Part shown: in pieces, positions 9,129-17,840 of the stretch
How positions within the stretch are numbered: position 1 is the first letter of the stretch
Layout: the number at the start of each line of letters is the position of its first letter
Assembly (NCBI GenBank): GCA_001004905.1
Contig: LCRY01000002.1
Coordinates: 269,873-333,872 of the forward strand
Direction of reading: 5' to 3'
Source: Parcubacteria group bacterium GW2011_GWA1_56_13
GTDB taxonomy: Bacteria > Patescibacteriota > Minisyncoccia > Phycocordibacterales > Phycocordibacteraceae
Length of the DNA stretch: 64,000 nt
Position numbers and translations under genes: made by a program
Notes under the pieces: generated by a model
The model's database searches: none
The model's input: the letters and a program-made list of their open reading frames with translations, nothing else
Told to the model about the DNA's origin: nothing

Positions 9129-9364
9129 AGATAGTAAGCCGTGCTTATAATGTATTCATTACTTTTGTCTCGAAAACCGTCCTTCCAGTATACCACAACT
9201 ATTGTTTTTGAGCCGATTTTCTTACGAACTCTAGTTCTTCCTTCGAATACAGCTTCTTTTAAATCAGGGTCACGAATTGCCTTTTTTACATGTTCAATCT
9301 GGATATTTCGTTCCTGCATTCGAACTTGAAAGTGATTTGTAAGACGTAATTTCACTTTCGACAT
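9125..9364 (-). CDS. DUF4258 family protein (toxin-like); start at the MSKVKLRL Met
   Basis: MSKVKLRLTNHFQVRMQERNIQIEHVKKAI...; overlaps the DUF2283 gene by 4 nt. Confidence 0.6.
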   Translation of the reverse strand: MSKVKLRLTNHFQVRMQERNIQIEHVKKAIRDPDLKEAVFEGRTRVRKKIGSKTIVVVYWKDGFRDKSNEYIISTAYYL

Positions 9365-9371
9365 ACGAATT

Positions 9372-9767
9372 CTAACGTTTAGACCACTGTGGGGCCTTGC
9401 GAGCCTTTTTGAGACCGGGTTTCTTGCGCTCTTTGGCACGCGGGTCTCGCTTGAGGAAGTGCGCCGCCTTGAGCACTTTGCGGGTCTTCGGCTCCGCCTT
9501 TATTATGGCGCGGCTGATGGCGTGGCGCAGTGCGTCTGCCTGCGCGGCGACGCCGCCGCCCTCCACGTGCGCGACCACCGCGTAGTGTTGTGCGCTCTCC
9601 GCTGTGGCGAGCGCCTCTTCGGCGACCTTGGCTCGCTCGTCCGTCTTAAAATATTCTTTCGGGGTCTTGCCGTTCACCGTCACCGTACCTTTGTCCGCGG
9701 GCGTCATGCGAACCGTCGCGATGGCGGTCTTCCTGCGTCCGACTGCGGTAACAAATTGAGTTGCCAT
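9372..9767 (-). CDS. rpsI: 30S ribosomal protein S9
   Basis: Clear uS9 sequence ending ...KAPQWSKR. Confidence 0.97.
   Translation of the reverse strand: MATQFVTAVGRRKTAIATVRMTPADKGTVTVNGKTPKEYFKTDERAKVAEEALATAESAQHYAVVAHVEGGGVAAQADALRHAISRAIIKAEPKTRKVLKAAHFLKRDPRAKERKKPGLKKARKAPQWSKR
9374..9402. repeat. direct repeat, copy B (the functional 3' end of rpsI)
   Basis: See copy A at 8873..8901. Confidence 0.7.
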
Positions 9768-9768
9768 G

Positions 9769-10140
9769 TTATTCGTTGACGATGAGGTTCTTCATGCGGG
9801 GCGTGCGGAGTTTGTTGCGCGGGATCATCCCGTCCACCGTCTTCTTCACGACTGCCGCGATGCCCTTCTTGGCTATCATTTCTTCCATGCTCATGGAATA
9901 AAGACCGCCCGGATAGCCGGTGTAGCGGGTGTAGACCTTGCCTTTCGTGCGGCGGGCAGGCAGGTGCATCTTGCCCGCATTGTTCACGGTGACTTTGATA
10001 GGCAGCGCCTGATTCTTCGCGAAATGCACGGAACGCTTGCCGAGAAGCGCGTGCGCCGCCTCGCTCGCCACGCGCCCGAGCGTGCGGTCGGTCGCATCTA
10101 TCGTATAGGTGGTTGCTTGCGGTTTCGTGTTGGATGTCAT
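9769..10140 (-). CDS. rplM: 50S ribosomal protein L13
   Basis: uL13 sequence. Confidence 0.95.
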   Translation of the reverse strand: MTSNTKPQATTYTIDATDRTLGRVASEAAHALLGKRSVHFAKNQALPIKVTVNNAGKMHLPARRTKGKVYTRYTGYPGGLYSMSMEEMIAKKGIAAVVKKTVDGMIPRNKLRTPRMKNLIVNE

Positions 10141-10241
10141 ATTAATAATTGAACCTTACACTACGCTCCACTTTTGCGGAAGTGCCCGCAAAAGTCTCGC
10201 TCAGTGTTAAGTGAAATATAGTCGTCATACTCCTTATTTCT

Positions 10242-10595
10242 CTAAACGAACGCGATATACGCAAGTGTGCGGGCGTCGTTGCTGCCGCGTTTCGCGCGCT
10301 TGGTCACGCGAGTGTAGCCGCCGGCTCGGTTGGCGTAACGCGGACCAATGGTCGAAAAAAGCTTTTTCACCGCTTCTTTGTCGCCGAGACGACTCACGGC
10401 GAGCCGACGGCTCGCGAGCGTGTTCTTCTTCGCGTATGTCACGAGGCGCTCCACGAACGGGCGCAGTGCCTTCGCCTTCGCTTCGGTGGTCGAAATACGC
10501 TCCTCAAGCACGAGGGAACGCGCGAGCGAGCGGATAAGCGCGCGCCGCTGTCCGGCCTCTCTATGGAACGTCTGTCCTTTCGTAGTGTACGCCAT
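10242..10595 (-). CDS. rplQ: 50S ribosomal protein L17
   Basis: bL17 sequence. Confidence 0.95.
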   Translation of the reverse strand: MAYTTKGQTFHREAGQRRALIRSLARSLVLEERISTTEAKAKALRPFVERLVTYAKKNTLASRRLAVSRLGDKEAVKKLFSTIGPRYANRAGGYTRVTKRAKRGSNDARTLAYIAFV

Positions 10596-10600
10596 GATGA

Positions 10601-11439
10601 TTATTCGCTCTTGAGAGTGAGGCCATGGCCCGCGAGCGCGACCGAGATCTCCTCGATGGCCTTGTCGCCGATGCCGTCGAGTTCCTTGAGTGCGCTCGCC
10701 GACTTCCTCGCAAGGCCGGCTGCGCTCTTGATACCCGCGTCCTCGAGCGCGGAAGTGATGCGCGCCGAGAGATTGAGGTCGGCTATCTTTATCTTCGCGC
10801 CGGAGGGAGGCGCCGTCTCGGCGGCCGAGGTGCCTTCAAGTGAAACGGTCGGGACGCTCTCCTGGAAGCCGATGATGGCCTGCAGTTGATGGATCATGGT
10901 CTCGATGGACTTCTCAAGCGCCTCGCGCGGAGCAACGGTGCCGTTGGTCTCGATGAGGATGCGCAGACGGTTGAAGTCGGTGCGGTCGCCGACGCGCATG
11001 TTCTCCACTTCGTAATTCACGCGGCGGATGGGAGTGAACGTCGCATCAAGCGCGATGGTGCCGATGTCTACCTTGTCCTTGGTCAGCACTTCCCGCGATA
11101 CGTAGCCAAGCCCGCGCTCAATGGTCGCTTCAAGCTCGAGAGATGCCTTTCCTGAAAGATCGGCGATGTGCTGGTCGGGATTCCGTATCTCGACCTGGCT
11201 CGGAAGTTTGAAATCCTTCGCCGTCACCGCGCCCGTGCCCTTTGCCATAAGCGAAATGACCTGCGGCTCGTCGCCATGGAGCACGAAATGTACGCGCTTG
11301 AGGTTCAAAAGGATTTCCATAACCGTCTCGCGAGCGTATGGCCGTAGCCCGGATAGAGCGAATCTATTTCGTAGACGCCTTGCATGCCTTCTTCAGAAAC
11401 GATACGGGGCTTACTCGGAAGTGTGATGTGGTATTCCAT
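10601..11439 (-). pseudogene. rpoA: RNA polymerase alpha subunit, disrupted. The N-terminal 44 codons (11308..11439) are in one frame and the rest (10601..11320) in another, and about 38 N-terminal-domain codons between the ALRR motif and the ILLNLK motif are missing
   Basis: N-terminal piece: MEYHITLPSKPRIVSEEGMQGVYEIDSLYPGYGHTLARRLWKSF*. Second piece starts MEILLNLKRV... and continues through the alpha C-terminal domain. Compared with E. coli RpoA from memory. Confidence 0.7.
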
Positions 11440-11489
11440 AACGCAATCGTAATTACCAATTATTAATGGGAACGTGCACTGAAATAATA

Positions 11490-12104
11490 CTACCTCGTAT
11501 AGAACGAGAGCACCGCGACCAGATCGCCCGCCGGGTCTGCCGACGCGGCCGTCGGACGCTCCTTGACCTTCCCTTCCATAGACGACGGATTCCACAAAAG
11601 CCATGAAGGCAGGGGGCGCTCCGCGAACCGCTCGGCGAAGCCGACGAGTACGCCATGCTTTTTCGAGCCCTCGCGGATGCTCACGGTGTCGCCGACCGAC
11701 AGCATGTGCGACGGGACGCGTGTCTTTTTCCCGCCGACCATCACGTGCCCGTGCGCGACCATCTGGCGCGCGGCACGGCGCGTCGGCGCAAGGCCGAGCC
11801 GCCAGACGACATTGTCGAGACGGAGCTCGAGAAGCTCGTGGAGGCGTTCCGTCGGCTGGACGGTATGGGCGGCGGCGAGCGACTTGCGCACGTAATTGCG
11901 GAACTGCCGCTCGGGCAGTCCGTACGTCATGCGTACCTTCTGCTTCTCGAGCATCTGCTTGCCGTATTCGCTCTGGCGTCCGCGGCTGCGGCGCTTATTT
12001 TTCGCGCTGCGGTCGGCAGAGAGCGCGAATTTCTGCGTCTGCGCTTTCTCGAAGACGGAGGCGCCGAGGCGTTTCGCTATTTTGTATCGTGGTCCGGTTT
12101 TCAT
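11490..12104 (-). CDS. rpsD: 30S ribosomal protein S4
   Basis: uS4 sequence. Confidence 0.96.
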   Translation of the reverse strand: MKTGPRYKIAKRLGASVFEKAQTQKFALSADRSAKNKRRSRGRQSEYGKQMLEKQKVRMTYGLPERQFRNYVRKSLAAAHTVQPTERLHELLELRLDNVVWRLGLAPTRRAARQMVAHGHVMVGGKKTRVPSHMLSVGDTVSIREGSKKHGVLVGFAERFAERPLPSWLLWNPSSMEGKVKERPTAASADPAGDLVAVLSFYTR

Positions 12105-12107
12105 AGA

Positions 12108-12542
12108 TTAGATGCGGCGGGGCTTCGGCGGACGCGGGCCGTTATGCGGCACCGGCGTCATGTCCTTGATGGAGCGTATCTGCACCCCCTTACCGGAAAA
12201 AGCGCGCAGCACAGACTCGCGGCCGGCACCGACGCCGCAGATAACGACCGACGCCTCTTTGAGCCCTATCATCATGCCCTTCTCGCCGAGGAACTCACCG
12301 ACCTTCGCCGCCGCGTATGGCGTGGACTTCCTCGCACCGGAGAAGCCGAGCGCGCCAGCGCTTGAGGAGACGACGGCATTCCCCTTCTCGTCCGTAAGCG
12401 TGGCCTTCGTATTATTGAACGTCGCCTCGATATGCAGGACGCCCTTTTCCAGATGGCGCTTGGTGACTTTCGAGAGGGCGCGTTCTTTGCGCCCTGCGTC
12501 GAGCCCGCGACCGCTCTTTTTGATGATGCGTTTCTTTCCCAC
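12108..12542 (-). CDS. rpsK: 30S ribosomal protein S11
   Basis: uS11 sequence. Confidence 0.96.
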   Translation of the reverse strand: MGKKRIIKKSGRGLDAGRKERALSKVTKRHLEKGVLHIEATFNNTKATLTDEKGNAVVSSSAGALGFSGARKSTPYAAAKVGEFLGEKGMMIGLKEASVVICGVGAGRESVLRAFSGKGVQIRSIKDMTPVPHNGPRPPKPRRI

Positions 12543-12747
12543 GTTAGTTTTTGTTAGCGAGTCCGCTCGCGTTACTAAAACTTACGCCCCGCCCTACTTT
12601 TGCCTGACAATCGTCCCGGCGACCCGCGGGCGAATAGCCCGCCCCTATTCGGGGCAGGGTCGCCAGGACCTTGTTGGGATATTCGTAATTGTGTTGAGTA
12701 GGTGACATAAGGTTTTGCAAAAGTAGGGCTGGGGTTTCCAAAAACGA
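12543..12747 (-). ncRNA. 205-nt highly structured spacer between rpsM and rpsK: nested hairpins closed by a long outer stem. Candidate regulatory leader or MITE-like element
   Basis: Outer inverted repeat ccccgccctacttttgc / gcaaaagtagggctgggg; inner palindromes gcgggcgaatagcccgc and cccctattcgggg; further pair ggcgaccc / gggtcgcc. Confidence 0.35.
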
Positions 12748-13128
12748 TTACGTTTTCTCCAACGTACGACGGCCCGAGGTCATCGTCTTGCGGACGTTCC
12801 CTCGGCGTGTGCGCGAGTTCGTCTTCGTGCGCTGGCCGCGCACGGGGAGCCCGCGCGCGTGACGGTCGCCGCGGGCCGAATGGATGTCTTTCAAACGCTT
12901 GATGTTCTGACCGATTTCGCGGCGCAACTCGCCCTCGATGGTAAATCCTTCGGCAAGCGAGCGTATTTTCTGCTCTTCTTCACTCGTGAGCTCACTGCCC
13001 TTCTTGGCCGGACTGACGCCGGCGGTTTTCAGGATGTCGCGCGCGCGCGTCGGTCCGATGCCGTAGATAAGCGGCAGCGCATACGCGAGCTGTTTGTTAT
13101 CGGGAATGGTGACTCCGGAAATACGCAT
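12748..13128 (-). CDS. rpsM: 30S ribosomal protein S13
   Basis: uS13 sequence. Confidence 0.96.
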   Translation of the reverse strand: MRISGVTIPDNKQLAYALPLIYGIGPTRARDILKTAGVSPAKKGSELTSEEEQKIRSLAEGFTIEGELRREIGQNIKRLKDIHSARGDRHARGLPVRGQRTKTNSRTRRGNVRKTMTSGRRTLEKT

Positions 13129-13138
13129 GCAAAAAATA

Positions 13139-13255
13139 TTATCCCTGGCGCGCTTTGCGGCGCGGGTTTTTCTTATTGATACGGTACAAATGCCCGCCTC
13201 TGCGGACGAGCTGATCTCCCGGCTGTTGTACCTTGATCGACGCGCGAACTTTCAT
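13139..13255 (-). CDS. rpmJ: 50S ribosomal protein L36, cysteine-free (non-zinc C-minus / YkgO-like form); 38 aa, below the ORF-track length cutoff
   Basis: Manual translation: [38 protein letters not shown]; sits between infA and rpsM as expected. Confidence 0.8.
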   Translation of the reverse strand: MKVRASIKVQQPGDQLVRRGGHLYRINKKNPRRKARQG

Positions 13256-13272
13256 CTTTGATGGCTTAATTA

Positions 13273-13518
13273 TTATGTTAAACGACGCACTATCCGCGCT
13301 CGGCCGCCATACGGGTCGAGCACCATATCTACCTGATCGCCGACGAGGACGCGGATGCGGTGCAGGCGCATCTTGCCTGCAAGATACGCGAGCACGAGCG
13401 GTTGTTCCGCGCCCTCCTCCCCTTCTGCGGGTTGCAGACGAACCCGGAAGAGCGAATTCGGCAATACTTCCTCAACGGTGCCGACTGCTGTCGGCCTAGC
13501 TTCTTCGCCTTCCTTCAT
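13273..13518 (-). CDS. infA: translation initiation factor IF-1 (with a short insertion)
   Basis: S1-like fold motifs: [14 protein letters not shown]...[28 protein letters not shown]. Confidence 0.85.
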   Translation of the reverse strand: MKEGEEARPTAVGTVEEVLPNSLFRVRLQPAEGEEGAEQPLVLAYLAGKMRLHRIRVLVGDQVDMVLDPYGGRARIVRRLT

Positions 13519-13610
13519 TTATCCGTCTCTCTCCATATAGATACCGTATCAATCTAGCAGAGGTCTCTGAAGTCGTCAAACAAGCGATGTTTCATCGTGC
13601 CTTACGGCGT

Positions 13611-14825
13611 CTATGGATTGATCGTCACGACGGATATCGAGGAAGGGTCCTGCGGGAAGGTCTGCCTCCAGAACGGCCGTAGGATGATGACCGCGCGCTT
13701 GACCTCCGGGTAGTTGGAGACGGCGACTTCGGCGCCAGAGCGTGTCTTTCCCGCGACCGCGGCGGCGATGCGGTTAGAATCCACGCTGTAGATAAGCGAC
13801 GCCGTGCCGGCAAGCGTGAACGGGAAGGTCTGTGCATCAGGACCGGGCATAGTCACCGCGGCCAGCATGAGATTATCGGCCGAAACCAGCGTGAGCGGCT
13901 CGCCCTGGTATGAGAGTCCAGCGACCGAAGACGCGATGGTTTTTGCGAGCGCGGGGTTGGGGAAAATAACCGCCGTGATGGTGCCCTGCTCCTTCACTTC
14001 GACCATGCCGGTCGTCGCGGAAGATGTCGGCGTGAGCTCCTCATAGACAGTGGTCGCGGCGCCAGGCAGGAGCACGTACCCGTCGGGAACCTGCGTTTTG
14101 ATGCTTGCGGCAAGATCGGGACCAAGCGCGGCCTGCAAAGCGCTTCGCGTCTGCTGCTCAAGCGCCGCATCAACGACCGGTACGGTCCCCGAAGCGCCGC
14201 CTGTCATAGTACTCGTCGAGCGCGCGTACACCATGGTCTCCTGCGGAGTTCCGGCGAACCCAGGAACGGTGAACGAGGTCGGGCCGACGTTATACGAGGC
14301 ACCCGGCTGATCGGCATAGACCTTTGCCGTTATGCTGCCGGGTTTTGCCGTCGTACCGCCTGGAATGGTTATCGCCGTGCGAATGCGGAAGATAAGCCCC
14401 GCAGCGGTCGCGAAACGCGTATTCGCAACGAGTCGTTGCTCCTTCGCCTGGGTATTGTAGATCGTGATGGTGCCGGATGCCGAAGAATTGACCGTTTTTG
14501 TTCCGCTTCCTTTCACGCTCTGAGACGCGATCTTCTGCGCGGTAATGGTCTCGAACGGGAGAACACCGCTGCTGCGGTTGGCCGTGAAAGAGGTCTGGAC
14601 CGCGGCCGAGACCGCGCTCGGGGTTACTTCGACTTTGGCGGTGGAAAAGTAAAACAGCGCTCCCACGGAAACGACGATGACGAGCAACACGACGACCATC
14701 GTCGTATACGGAAACCGCGGCGGTCGGTCTTGGGAAAGGTCAAGCGATGCTCTGCCCGGAGGACTAATAAGCGGTCCCGCGTCTTTACGGCGGGACGGTG
14801 GGATAATGTCATTGAATGTACGCAT
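13611..14825 (-). CDS. hypothetical bitopic membrane protein, possibly PilN-like (short cytoplasmic N-terminus with an INLLP-like motif FNDIIPP, then a TM helix and a large Thr/Ala/Ser-rich extracytoplasmic domain)
   Basis: N-terminal motif plus TM helix; adjacent to a PilM-like gene. Confidence 0.35.
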   Translation of the reverse strand: MRTFNDIIPPSRRKDAGPLISPPGRASLDLSQDRPPRFPYTTMVVVLLVIVVSVGALFYFSTAKVEVTPSAVSAAVQTSFTANRSSGVLPFETITAQKIASQSVKGSGTKTVNSSASGTITIYNTQAKEQRLVANTRFATAAGLIFRIRTAITIPGGTTAKPGSITAKVYADQPGASYNVGPTSFTVPGFAGTPQETMVYARSTSTMTGGASGTVPVVDAALEQQTRSALQAALGPDLAASIKTQVPDGYVLLPGAATTVYEELTPTSSATTGMVEVKEQGTITAVIFPNPALAKTIASSVAGLSYQGEPLTLVSADNLMLAAVTMPGPDAQTFPFTLAGTASLIYSVDSNRIAAAVAGKTRSGAEVAVSNYPEVKRAVIILRPFWRQTFPQDPSSISVVTINP

Positions 14826-14843
14826 GGAAAAAGTATACCACCT

Positions 14844-15887
14844 TCATTTGTCAAAATGATACCGCCAGTAAAGCGCCATGAAGAGAAGCGGGAGATCGGG
14901 AGAGGCGGGAGCCGCCTGCTGAACGAATTCGCTCAAGTGACTCGGCAGGACTGAGACAATCCTTGGAGGATTATCGGAGAGCCAGAGTCCGCCGAGCCGC
15001 ACCGCCGTCAGCGCCTCCTCAAGCGAAGGAATATCTTGTTCCTGGGCAAGCAGGAATATGGTGCGCGGCAGCGGGTACCGCTCCGCGAGCTTGGTAAGCT
15101 CGCTCACGACCTTTTCCGTCCACCGGTCGGCGCTCTTCACGGAAACGCTCTCTGGCATTTCGGTCACCGCCACCAGAAAACCCTTCCGCACGAGCGCAAT
15201 GGAGAATAGTGGACCGATAATGTCGAAAATGAGCGCGTTGCGCTCATGCGGGAAGGCAGCGCGCATCGCCTGATAGCGCAGTGAACTGCCGGCGATCGAA
15301 AAAAGACTTTTGGTATGAAAGAGGCCTCGCAATATCTGAACGATGCCTTCGGAGACCTTGGCATCTATGAACGAGGTCAGGACGATGATGGTCGCCCGTG
15401 TTACTTTTTTTCCGTAGGGCTCGCGTGTCTCGTATCCGTTGAGGGTGGTACCGATGACGCTTTCGTCCGCGAGAACCTTTTCCGGCACCGTGATGCTTGT
15501 TTTCTCGAGCGCGGTGGTGACCATGCTTTTCGTGAACGTAAACGGGGTCTTGCGCTCGAATGATTCGGTGCGCACTTTCGTTTCCTGCCACGGGGCATCC
15601 ACCGAAAAAAACACTGCGTCGGCGCTTCCGCTTCCCGTGTGGCGCATGAGTATCGGCGCCCCTTCGCTGATAAGCGCGGAACCGAGCGCGTTAAGAGCGC
15701 GCAGCATCGCGCGCTCATGCGGTTCACCTCCCTGTATCTCTATGGGAAGGCGGCGCGAATACAGCAGGGCGGGCGGCGCACCTTCTTGGTAATGGGCATA
15801 TCCCCCGGCGACCGACCCAGAGCTGATGTCTATGAGCACGAGCGACTGCGTGCGCGCGGAATGAAAGAGCTTACCGAAGAAACCCAT
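14844..15887 (-). CDS. actin-like ATPase fold protein, PilM/FtsA-like
   Basis: MGFFGKLF...LVLIDISSGSVAGG resembles the PilM N-terminus. Confidence 0.4.
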   Translation of the reverse strand: MGFFGKLFHSARTQSLVLIDISSGSVAGGYAHYQEGAPPALLYSRRLPIEIQGGEPHERAMLRALNALGSALISEGAPILMRHTGSGSADAVFFSVDAPWQETKVRTESFERKTPFTFTKSMVTTALEKTSITVPEKVLADESVIGTTLNGYETREPYGKKVTRATIIVLTSFIDAKVSEGIVQILRGLFHTKSLFSIAGSSLRYQAMRAAFPHERNALIFDIIGPLFSIALVRKGFLVAVTEMPESVSVKSADRWTEKVVSELTKLAERYPLPRTIFLLAQEQDIPSLEEALTAVRLGGLWLSDNPPRIVSVLPSHLSEFVQQAAPASPDLPLLFMALYWRYHFDK

Positions 15888-15951
15888 CCTCTCATTCTAA
15901 CACCCCATTAGAGACGCTCGCGAACTCGCGCTCTAACGGGACAGGCCGCTT

Positions 15952-17819
15952 TTATTCCAGAACCGCTTTTATTCGCCGCACTCCCGCAGAGGATGCTTCC
16001 TCTTTTAGTATTTTAAAGGTAGCCCTCCGGTCGGAGCCGTCGGGCTCGCGAACACTGCCGAGCTCAGCAGTGTTCGCGACATGCGGCCCGCCGCAAAATT
16101 CTATGGAAAAGGCGTTCTCAAGGGGGCCGACCGAATACACGCTCACCTGCTCCGGGTACGAGGCACCGAATTCATGTTCAGCGCCGAGTTCCTCTGCTTC
16201 CTCCTTCTTCATCACCGTGCGCACGACCGGCAGACCTTCGGCTATCTTCTGATTCACGATACGCTCGACTTCGGCTTTCTGCTCCGGCGTCATCTTCTGC
16301 CCATACGAGAAATCGATGCGGAGCCGCTCACTCGTGATATTGCTCCCCCGCTGGTGCACCTCCGGCCCGAGCACCATTTGAAGCGCTTTGAGAAGCAAGT
16401 GGTGCGCGGTGTGGTAACGGACGGTCTGCTCGGCGTGGTCAGCGAGTCCGCCAGCGAATTTCTGCGCCGCTCCCATCCGGCTTTTCGCTTGATGCTCGTC
16501 TATCCGCTTTTGCACCGTTTCCATGTCTACCTTCTGTCCACGCTCCGCCGCTATTTCTGCGGTAAGTTCTACCGGGAATCCATAGGTAGTGAAGAGCATG
16601 AAGGCATCAATGCTATTCCCCATCTTTTCGAGCTCGCGCATGCCCTGTGCGAGCGTCTTTCGGAACTGCTGCTCCTCTTTTTCGAGTTCTTCCCTTATGC
16701 GACCGGCGCTTTTATATATGAAGGGGTAGTGGTTGCGATAGGCGGCACCGAAGCTCTCGGCGACCTCGGCGAGTACCGTTTCCTTGATGCCGAGCTTGTC
16801 CGCCTCGCGGATGGAGCGGCGGATGAGACGCCGGAGCACATAGCCCTGTTCGGTGTTCGAGGGACGGACGCCGGAAGCGATGATGAACACTGCCGCCCGC
16901 ATATGGTCGAGAATGATGCGAAATGAACGCGTCGCGGAATACAAGGTGGAACCTTGTACGCCAGAATTCAAGGTTCCACCTTGTACTTGGTACTGCTTGC
17001 CGGAGCGTTTTTCAAGCACGGTGCGCGCGGCGTCAAAAGCGTCAATGAGGAACACGTCGGAATTATTGCGCGTCGCGGCAGTAAGGCGCTCGAGGCCGCC
17101 GCCGAAATCCACGTTGCGCTTCGGCAATTTCCCGAACGAGCCACTAGCGTTCTTGATATATTCCATAAAGACGGAATTGCCGATTTCCATGAACCGCCCG
17201 CAGTCGCAATTGGGATGGCACTCCTTCCCAAACGCCGGGTCGTGCTGAACGCTCGTGAATTCATAAAAAATCTCGGAATCGGGGCCCCCGGGTTCCCCCG
17301 CCGGCATCTTATCCGGAGTACCGGAGCGGCTCCACCAATTTTTCGTCGCATCGTAAAAAAGTATCCGTTCCTGTGGCATTCCTATTTTCTTCCATATTTC
17401 CTCCGATTCCGTATCCTTCGGCAACCCAAGAGATTCGTCTCCTACGAAGCAAGTAACCCAAAGACGGTCCTTCGGAAGTTTTAATTCTTCCGTGAGGAAC
17501 TCATAAATCCACGGTAATTGTTCTTTTTTGAAATAATCACCGAGAGACCAGTTGCCGAGCATCTCGAAGAAGGTCGTGTGGCGGTTGTCCCCCACCTCTT
17601 CGATGTCTCCCGCGCGGAACGAGAGCTGGGAATTGGCGAGACGTTTTCCTTCTGGGTGCTCCTGCCCGAGAAGGTATGGCACCAAGGGCTGCATCCCGCT
17701 TGAGGTAAACAGTGTTGTCGGGTCGTTCTCGGGCACGATGGGCGCCGAGGGGATGATGGCGTGCCCCCGCTTGGCGAAGAAATCCAGATATCGCTTACGC
17801 ACCTCGCTGACGGTCATAC
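15952..17819 (-). CDS. alaS: alanine--tRNA ligase, short form lacking the C-Ala domain; start taken at MTVSEVRKRY
   Basis: Class II catalytic core, tRNA-recognition and editing domains (HxxxH...CGGPHV). The ORF-track N-terminal extension to 18033 is judged spurious. Confidence 0.92.
16940..16985. repeat. 46-bp compound palindromic element inside alaS, causing an in-frame ~14-aa insertion (QVQGGTLNSGVQGST)
   Basis: tacaaggtggaaccttgtac-gccagaattc-aaggttccaccttgta; a 17-bp inverted repeat around an EcoRI site. Confidence 0.5.
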
Positions 17820-17840
17820 CGAAAAAGATAGCACAGATCA

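Larger units (their letters stand above)
7990..9370. mobile_element. low-GC (~45%) accessory segment next to rpsI carrying a retropepsin-like protease pair and a DUF4258/DUF2283 cassette
   Basis: Compositional shift plus a direct-repeat duplication of the rpsI 3' end. Confidence 0.55.

Noticed and set aside
12544-12741. 65-aa minus ORF in the rpsM-rpsK spacer
   Set aside because: Lies entirely within the highly structured palindromic spacer; no ribosome-binding site; more likely RNA structure than coding.
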